Made by a program: the position numbers and the translations under genes
Assembly (NCBI RefSeq): GCF_001194135.2
Contig: NC_068983.1
Location: forward strand, 67,251,249 to 67,315,248
Reading direction: 5' to 3'
DNA: 64,000 nucleotides
Source: Octopus bimaculoides
Taxonomy: Eukaryota
Notes under the pieces: generated by a model
The model's database searches: none
What the model saw: the letters and a program-made list of their open reading frames with translations, nothing else
What the model was told of the DNA's origin: nothing
Shown: positions 59,901 to 64,000 of the stretch, in pieces
Layout: each line of letters starts with the position of its first letter
How positions within the stretch are numbered: the stretch's first letter is position 1

Positions 59901-62596
59901 CCACCCTTTAACTCACTTTCTTCTTTGTCTTACCATCATTTATCATTACTATTACTCATCTTTCAGTCTCTCTATAACATTACTCTTTTCTCTATCACTC
60001 ATTGTTAATATCCATCACTTTTGTTGTCTCCTAACACTGAATCCTTTTAATTTTTATTACTCTCTCTCTCCCTCCCTCCCCCCTTCTCTCTCTCTTTCTT
60101 CAATTGGCCTTCTTCATATCAGATCGTATCCCTCTTCTTTCCCTCCCCTCTATCACTTTCAAGCCCTGGTTTTCTCTCCTTTATCACTCTTCTATTCACC
60201 TCTTGATCATGTTGCCTTGATCAAACAGAAACAATATTTTGTAGAGAGTACTCTTTAGTGTTACTAAGAACACAACCTTTCCATACGATGTCATGACAAA
60301 GTGCTTCCAGTACACATTGTAAAATTGTTAGCATTAGAAAGATCAATCAATATAAAAGCAGTGTGCTTGATTCATCTAGGTGAGCAGAAAATCTAGAACA
60401 GAACTGACTTGGACCACAATGACCTGATCAAACTATGCCAGCATTGAAAAGTGATGAAGTGAAGATGATAAAGATGAAGAAGAGAATTATATGCATGGTC
60501 ATTATCATCATCGTTTAATATCTACTTTTCATGCTGGCATGAGTTGGTTGACTTATCATAGTCTGAATCAATGTATATGCAAAGTTACTGTCCTTCTAGA
60601 TGGCTCAGAGAAGCATGTCTGGCTTATATATTTTGTTTGGCATGGTTTCTGAAGCTGAATGTTCTTCATAGAACCAATCATTTACAGAGTACACTGGGAA
60701 CATTTAATCCTAGGAGGCTGTCATGTTCTCCACTGGTCAAGACTAAAGAGTACTTTCAGCTTTGTAACTGCTCAGACATTTTACAGAAAGTACTGAGTGT
60801 ACTTTATTATGGTACCAGCACAAATGAGATTCTTCTATGTGACCAACAGAGTAGTTGGAAGAGAGTATGAGTATAAAAGAAGAACTAGGGTGAGAGGTGG
60901 AAAGAAGCAAAAATATGATGTACAATACAAAGTGATCCAGAGTCATTATACCATTATTGTCTCTCCCCTTCCACAGTATGGAAGGAGAAAGACAGTAATA
61001 GTATTGAGAGTTGGTAACAGCAGAAGGTATTGAGAGAGAAAGAGAGGAAGACTCTGCTGGTAACTACATGTTTGTTGGTAAGAGAGTGTGACAGATGTCA
61101 GTAATGAATCAGTTGGGAGAGAAAGAATGTTGGCTGGCACTATAGAAATGTAATGCTACCAGAAAAAGCATGAGTAATGAATAGTCAAAAAGGTAATAGT
61201 AGGAAAGTGTGGGACATCTGAGGGAGTGATGGCTGGTAGTACTGGAAGATGAATTAGAGGGATTTTTTTCAGATACCACTAGATCCAATACAGTCTCTTG
61301 TTACTCATTAATTTGGAAGAAACAGAGGATGGTTTTAATGATATGGATAGTGGTAGTTAGGGAGTGAGTATGATTAGAGCTAATGTTTTCCCTGATGATA
61401 TGAGTAGCATGGTGCGGTGAATAGGCAAGGAGGTGATAGTGAAAGATAGGAAAGTATTGAATAGACAAAAAAGAGCTGCAGAAGGAGAGCAGCAGGTACA
61501 AAATTGGCAAAACTCCCAGATAATTTATATATATATATATATATGAAATAACCCAGCCTCCATCATTATTCCCATCTTGATATCGAAATATTGATATTTT
61601 AATTTAGAAATAAAATCTCTGCCTGTTTATGTCTGGTCACTTTACCAGTATAAATTATTGATATTTGTTGAGCCAACAAGGGAACTGCTATATAGTCTCT
61701 TAACTTATAGCCAAATCTCTCTCTCTCAAATTGCATTCTGCTATCATAAAGAAAGAATGATATATTGCAGAACATAGTTTTTTTAGCACAGGAAAAAATT
61801 GTCAGAATAGCCATGGTTACAATACCATTGGTCATAAGTTTGCTCCTTTAAGACAAATCTAGGGCAAAAAACAAAAAAAAGATTATTTGTCATCAGAGAG
61901 AGTGTTTTACCACTATATCATGGCCAGGTTGGTGAACTAACTTACTGATGATGCCTTACAAGTTTGCATCCATTTACAAATTTAATATCTATTCTTGATT
62001 AGTTACTCTAATGTTTCTTGTTTCTCACTTTCATATAAAAGAAAAAGTTCAATACATTGTGCTGCATTCTGACATTATAAACATTTCATTTTAGACGCTA
62101 ATGCAGCCTTGAAGGAATTTCTATTGGCAAGAAACCCCAAGCAACAACACTCTTGCACTTTAGAGTCATTTTTAATTAAACCGATCCAGCGAATTTTGAA
62201 ATATCCACTTCTATTACAACAGCTGTGCCAACTGACTGATCCAGAGACAGACGAACATTACCATCTCTCAGGTATTCACTCTTAAAGATCTCCTTTTCAC
62301 AGTTTATTGCAAAACTAAAATGATGTTATCACCTCATCATTTTTTCCTTATTGTTTGCATTAAATATTTTGGTTTTCAAAATGCCTTATGTCAAAAACTA
62401 AGATTAAAATATCAGGAAGAAAGAAGAGGAAGATTAGAAAAATAGCTTCATATATTTTTATTTTCTTGCAGAGGCCCTTCGTGGAATGGAAGCTGTAGCA
62501 GAACATATCAATGAGATGCAGAAAATTTATGAGGAGTATGGTTACTCTTTCGATGAACTATCTCGTATGTACAAAGAACATCATCCACACAATAAA
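33780..62596 (+). CDS. sif: still life (SIF)/TIAM1-2 family Rac guanine nucleotide exchange factor, partial multi-exon CDS (RBD-PDZ-DH); gene extends beyond both window edges
   Basis: Exons 33780-33938, 37992-38172, 41507-41764, 42967-43055, 46414-46557, 47819-48013, 58878-(gap)-59664, 62095-62271 and 62472-62596 have AG/GT boundaries and matching phases (0,0,1,1,0,0,0,1,1,0); together 1437 nt. Motifs [60 protein letters not shown] and [13 protein letters not shown] match SIF/TIAM1 DH sequences as I recall them. RBD-PDZ-DH order is diagnostic of the family. Confidence 0.95.
33976..34165 (-). mobile_element. SINE family B, about 37 bp downstream of the RBD exon, followed by (AAT)n at 34166-34202
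   Basis: Homologous to 4470-4655. Confidence 0.75.
34806..34965 (+). mobile_element. SINE family A, 5' half, truncated at its (TA)n tract
   Basis: Similar to 1925-2085. Confidence 0.7.
35040..35650 (-). mobile_element. MULE (Mutator-like) transposase remnant, C-terminal catalytic region
   Basis: Minus strand reads [16 protein letters not shown]...YLEDSYIGR...[12 protein letters not shown], then [12 protein letters not shown]...[13 protein letters not shown], matching the MULE motifs LAF.P, YF..T.I, LFP...WN, RTNN..E.WH and P.IW.F. Frameshifted; no TIRs found. Confidence 0.78.
36040..36780 (-). mobile_element. RTE-clade LINE 3' end (RT C-terminus plus about 480-bp 3' UTR)
   Basis: atcatcatcgtcatttaacgtccgc tail; 36510-36766 is the reverse complement of sequence like 6880-7130. 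Confidence 0.88.
36781..36930. repeat. compound (TG)n/(TA)n microsatellite
   Basis: Read directly. Confidence 0.95.
37040..37445 (+). mobile_element. 3' end of a CR1-superfamily-like non-LTR retrotransposon
   Basis: [13 protein letters not shown]...[19 protein letters not shown]...NSL, a common C-terminal motif of this LINE group; clade assignment is from recall. Confidence 0.65.
37992..38172 (+). CDS. sif: sif/TIAM exon: end of RBD and first half of PDZ ([10 protein letters not shown]...[10 protein letters not shown]...[19 protein letters not shown])
   Basis: atcttcttcag acceptor; 181 nt; aaag|gtcatt donor, phase 1; EFGF carboxylate-binding loop. Confidence 0.9.
38573..38602. other. assembly gap (30 N) within (TA)n
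   Basis: N run. Confidence 1.
39005..39065. repeat. near-perfect inverted repeat: 28-bp arms, one mismatch, 5-nt loop
   Basis: GTTAATAGATTTAATGTCAAAGGCAATT-tagag-AATTGCCTTTGACCTTAAATCTATTAAC. Confidence 0.92.
40241..40697 (+). mobile_element. young tRNA-derived SINE, family C, with six tandem 14-bp repeats between its Pol III boxes
   Basis: A-box TGGCCCAATGG (40253-40263); B-box GGTTTCGATTCC (about 40366-40377); TSD ATGGTAAGA at 40232-40240 and 40698-40706; CpG-rich. Confidence 0.85.
41507..41764 (+). CDS. sif: sif/TIAM exon: second half of PDZ ([28 protein letters not shown]) plus linker
   Basis: ttgcag acceptor, 258 nt, ccag|gtaata donor, phase 1-1; GDEI..ING PDZ signature. Confidence 0.92.
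42967..43055 (+). CDS. sif: sif/TIAM exon: proline-rich linker ([30 protein letters not shown])
   Basis: acatag acceptor, 89 nt, aag|gtagtt donor; converts phase 1 to phase 0 as the flanking exons require. Confidence 0.82.
44532..44745 (+). mobile_element. SINE family B
   Basis: agctggcagaatcattagc head, gagttcaaattcc B-box and central domain. Confidence 0.8.
44830..45650 (-). mobile_element. CR1/L2-type LINE reverse transcriptase fragment
   Basis: GSTQDIL...[28 protein letters not shown]; [10 protein letters not shown] (YADD-like); [23 protein letters not shown]. Confidence 0.8.
46414..46557 (+). CDS. sif: sif/TIAM exon: [10 protein letters not shown]...start of DH domain ([18 protein letters not shown])
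   Basis: ttgttcag acceptor, 144 nt, aag|gtaata donor; DH conserved region 1. Confidence 0.93.
46890..47460 (-). mobile_element. RTE 3' UTR/tail fragment
   Basis: (CAT)n tail and colinearity with 21530-21990. Confidence 0.78.
47819..48013 (+). CDS. sif: sif/TIAM exon: DH domain ([13 protein letters not shown]...[22 protein letters not shown]...KKFR)
   Basis: tgtacag acceptor, 195 nt, cgg|gtaagt donor, phase 0-0. Confidence 0.94.
50429..50443 (+). CDS. sif: candidate 15-nt alternative microexon (DEELR) within the DH domain
   Basis: Pyrimidine-rich tract ending ctactag, then GATGAAGAACTCAGG, then agg|gtatgt. Frame-preserving between two phase-0 junctions. No transcript evidence available. Confidence 0.55.
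53395..53780 (-). mobile_element. RTE 3' UTR/tail fragment
   Basis: Colinear with 21530-21950. Confidence 0.72.
54060..54462 (-). mobile_element. RTE tail fragment (about 54060-54250) followed by a SINE family A head (about 54325-54462)
   Basis: ttctacagctggatgaccttcc; ggcttctttcagtttc...gtagtgggactgaacc. Confidence 0.65.
54655..54860 (-). mobile_element. SINE family B
   Basis: Homologous to 44532-44745. Confidence 0.75.
56953..58013 (-). mobile_element. piggyBac internal-deletion derivative, 1061 bp
   Basis: TTAA TSD at 56949-56952 and 58014-58017; perfect 14-bp TIRs CCCTTTCGTTACTA. The minus strand from 57759 to about 57175 encodes an acidic N-terminus and PGBD4-like motifs ([40 protein letters not shown]) across frameshifts and stops. 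The catalytic DDD region is absent. Confidence 0.93.
58422..58592. other. assembly gap (171 N)
   Basis: N run. Confidence 1.
58878..58966 (+). CDS. sif: sif/TIAM DH exon, 5' part ([30 protein letters not shown]); this copy lacks the exon 3' end and runs to TAA at 59037-59039
   Basis: attacag acceptor; matches the TIAM1-like motif [13 protein letters not shown]; diverges from the downstream copy after 58966. Confidence 0.8.
59495..59594. other. assembly gap (100 N, probably a placeholder size)
   Basis: N run flanked on each side by 50 nt identical to upstream sequence. Confidence 1.
59595..59664 (+). CDS. sif: sif/TIAM DH exon, 3' part ([23 protein letters not shown]) with true donor; its 5' part would lie in the 100-N gap
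   Basis: First 50 nt identical to 58917-58966; ends ccag|gtaagt in phase 1, matching the next exon. Confidence 0.88.
59810..60480 (+). mobile_element. decayed RTE 3' UTR/tail remnant
   Basis: CT-rich block, then ...atgccagcattgaaaagtgatg...gatga tail. Confidence 0.6.
60505..61520 (-). mobile_element. decayed RTE 3' UTR/tail remnant, tail-to-tail with the preceding copy
   Basis: cattatcatcatcgtttaatatctacttttcatgctggcatg tail followed by a GA-rich block. Confidence 0.65.
62095..62271 (+). CDS. sif: sif/TIAM exon: DH conserved region 3 ([36 protein letters not shown])
   Basis: ttttag acceptor, 177 nt, tcag|gtattc donor, phase 1-1. Confidence 0.95.
62472..62596 (+). CDS. sif: sif/TIAM exon: DH C-terminal helix ([24 protein letters not shown]...HNK)
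   Basis: ttcttgcag acceptor, 125 nt, aaa|gtaagt donor. Confidence 0.94.
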
Positions 62597-63052
62597 GTAA
62601 GTTGTAAATCTATAAACTTATTGTTATAATTGCTATTCAACATTAGAGAAGTTCAGTTGAAAGTGACAATCTTTGTGGTAACTTTGTCATAATACCTTCC
62701 TTGGCTAACTACTAAACAATATGCACAAATGAGAGAGACTTTACATGGTTTCTGTATCTACTAGAAATAACAGCCAGATCTCTCAAATTACATTTTACCA
62801 TCTTTAGTTTAAAAAAGGATATGTTAAGTAATGTAACCTGAGATAAACTATTTTTTAACTAATTTAATCATAGGTCTGCTCCATCAGGGCTAATTGGTAC
62901 TAAATGTCAACAATATAACAATAAGATATTGTCTTCATTTTGTACAATAGTTTTTATTGTAGAAATGCAAAAACACCAGAGCTGTAGTTATAAACATGTT
63001 TTTTTGGTTTCATGGAGTTTAAACTGAATTAGAAATATTTTGAGAAAAGACA

Positions 63053-63600
63053 TAGGTACAGGAGTGACCATGTGGTAAGTAGCTTGCTTACCAACCACAT
63101 GGTTCCGGGTTCAGTCCCACTGTGTGGCACCCTGAGCAAGTGTCTTCTACTATAGCCTCAGGCTGCTCAAAGCCTTGTGGGTGGATTTGGTAGATGGAAA
63201 CTGAAAGAAGCTCACCGTATATATATATATATATNNNNNNNNNNNNNNNNNNNNNNNNNNNNNNNNNNNNNNNNNNNNNNNNNNNNNNNNNNNNNNNNNN
63301 NNNNNNNNNNNNNNNNNNNNNNNNNNNNNNNNNNNNNNNNNNNNNNNNNNNNNNNNNNNNNNNNNNNNNNNNNNNNNNNNNNNNNNNNNNNNNNNNNNNN
63401 NNNNNNNNNNNNNNNNNNNNNNNNNNNNNNNNNNNNNNNNNNNNNNNTGTGTTTACATACTTAGCGGTTCAAGAAAAGAAATTGATAGAATAAGTACTAG
63501 GCTTACAAAGAATAAGTCCTGTGGTTGATTTGCTCAACTAAAGGTGGTGCTCCAGCATGGCCCCAGTCAAATGACTGAAACAAATAAAAGAATAAAAGAA
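63053..63600 (+). mobile_element. SINE family A containing a 213-N gap (63235-63447) at its internal microsatellite
   Basis: Head and tail colinear with 1920-2320. Confidence 0.87.
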
Positions 63601-64000
63601 TAGTAAATGATTTTAGATTGGGAATTATCAGTTGCAAACTAAGCATTTATCAAATTTTTTTGTTTATGCATAAATGTTTACCTAGATGTTTTGTACATGT
63701 TTTCATATGTATTATTTAAGGTAACATGTAAATTGATTTCAATACAGAATGGAAAGACACTAGAATTGTTGTTATAACCAAAAATGGAATCACTTTTAGT
63801 GCTGTGTTAATGTTCCAGAAACATACTAATTTAAATTATCACCATATGTTATTTATAATTTCTGTATTTTTGAAGCACTACTCAACATAGCAAATGTATT
63901 TCTGTTGGTTTTGACAGATAAACTTCATATTCATTGCATTAGTATGTAAACAGCTGAGTATTCCTCAGAAACTTGTATACTTAATATAATTCTCAGACAG

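Noticed and set aside
63980-64000. Possible acceptor for the next sif exon (ttctcag or acag at the window edge)
   Set aside because: The exon would lie outside the window and cannot be verified.

Overview
AT-rich, microsatellite-rich animal genomic DNA with five N-gaps. The SINE and RTE-LINE families look like those of octopus (Octopus sp.); that assignment is inferred from recalled repeat families. The window lies inside one large plus-strand gene, a still life (sif)/TIAM1-2 family Rac GEF. Nine GT-AG exons splice in frame (about 479 codons) and encode RBD, PDZ and most of the DH domain. No confident coding exon was found in the first 33.7 kb, which looks like one long intron. The introns contain RTE- and CR1/L2-type LINE remnants, three tRNA-derived SINE families, a hAT MITE with an 8-bp TSD, a 1061-bp piggyBac deletion derivative with intact TIRs and TTAA TSD, a MULE transposase relic and a HINE-like element. 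Best leads: (1) a 15-nt in-frame candidate microexon (DEELR) in the DH domain, with a complete Quaking/STAR response element at its donor; (2) a 12-nt candidate microexon followed by a TGCATG (Rbfox) cluster; (3) an apparent duplication of about 0.9 kb that includes a truncated copy of a DH exon; (4) a SINE whose A-box/B-box spacer is expanded by six 14-bp repeats; (5) a 28-bp-arm hairpin in the PDZ intron; (6) several inverted repeat pairs that could form dsRNA. No CRISPR arrays, rRNA or functional tRNA genes were seen. Most short ORFs in the supplied track are repeat or microsatellite artefacts.
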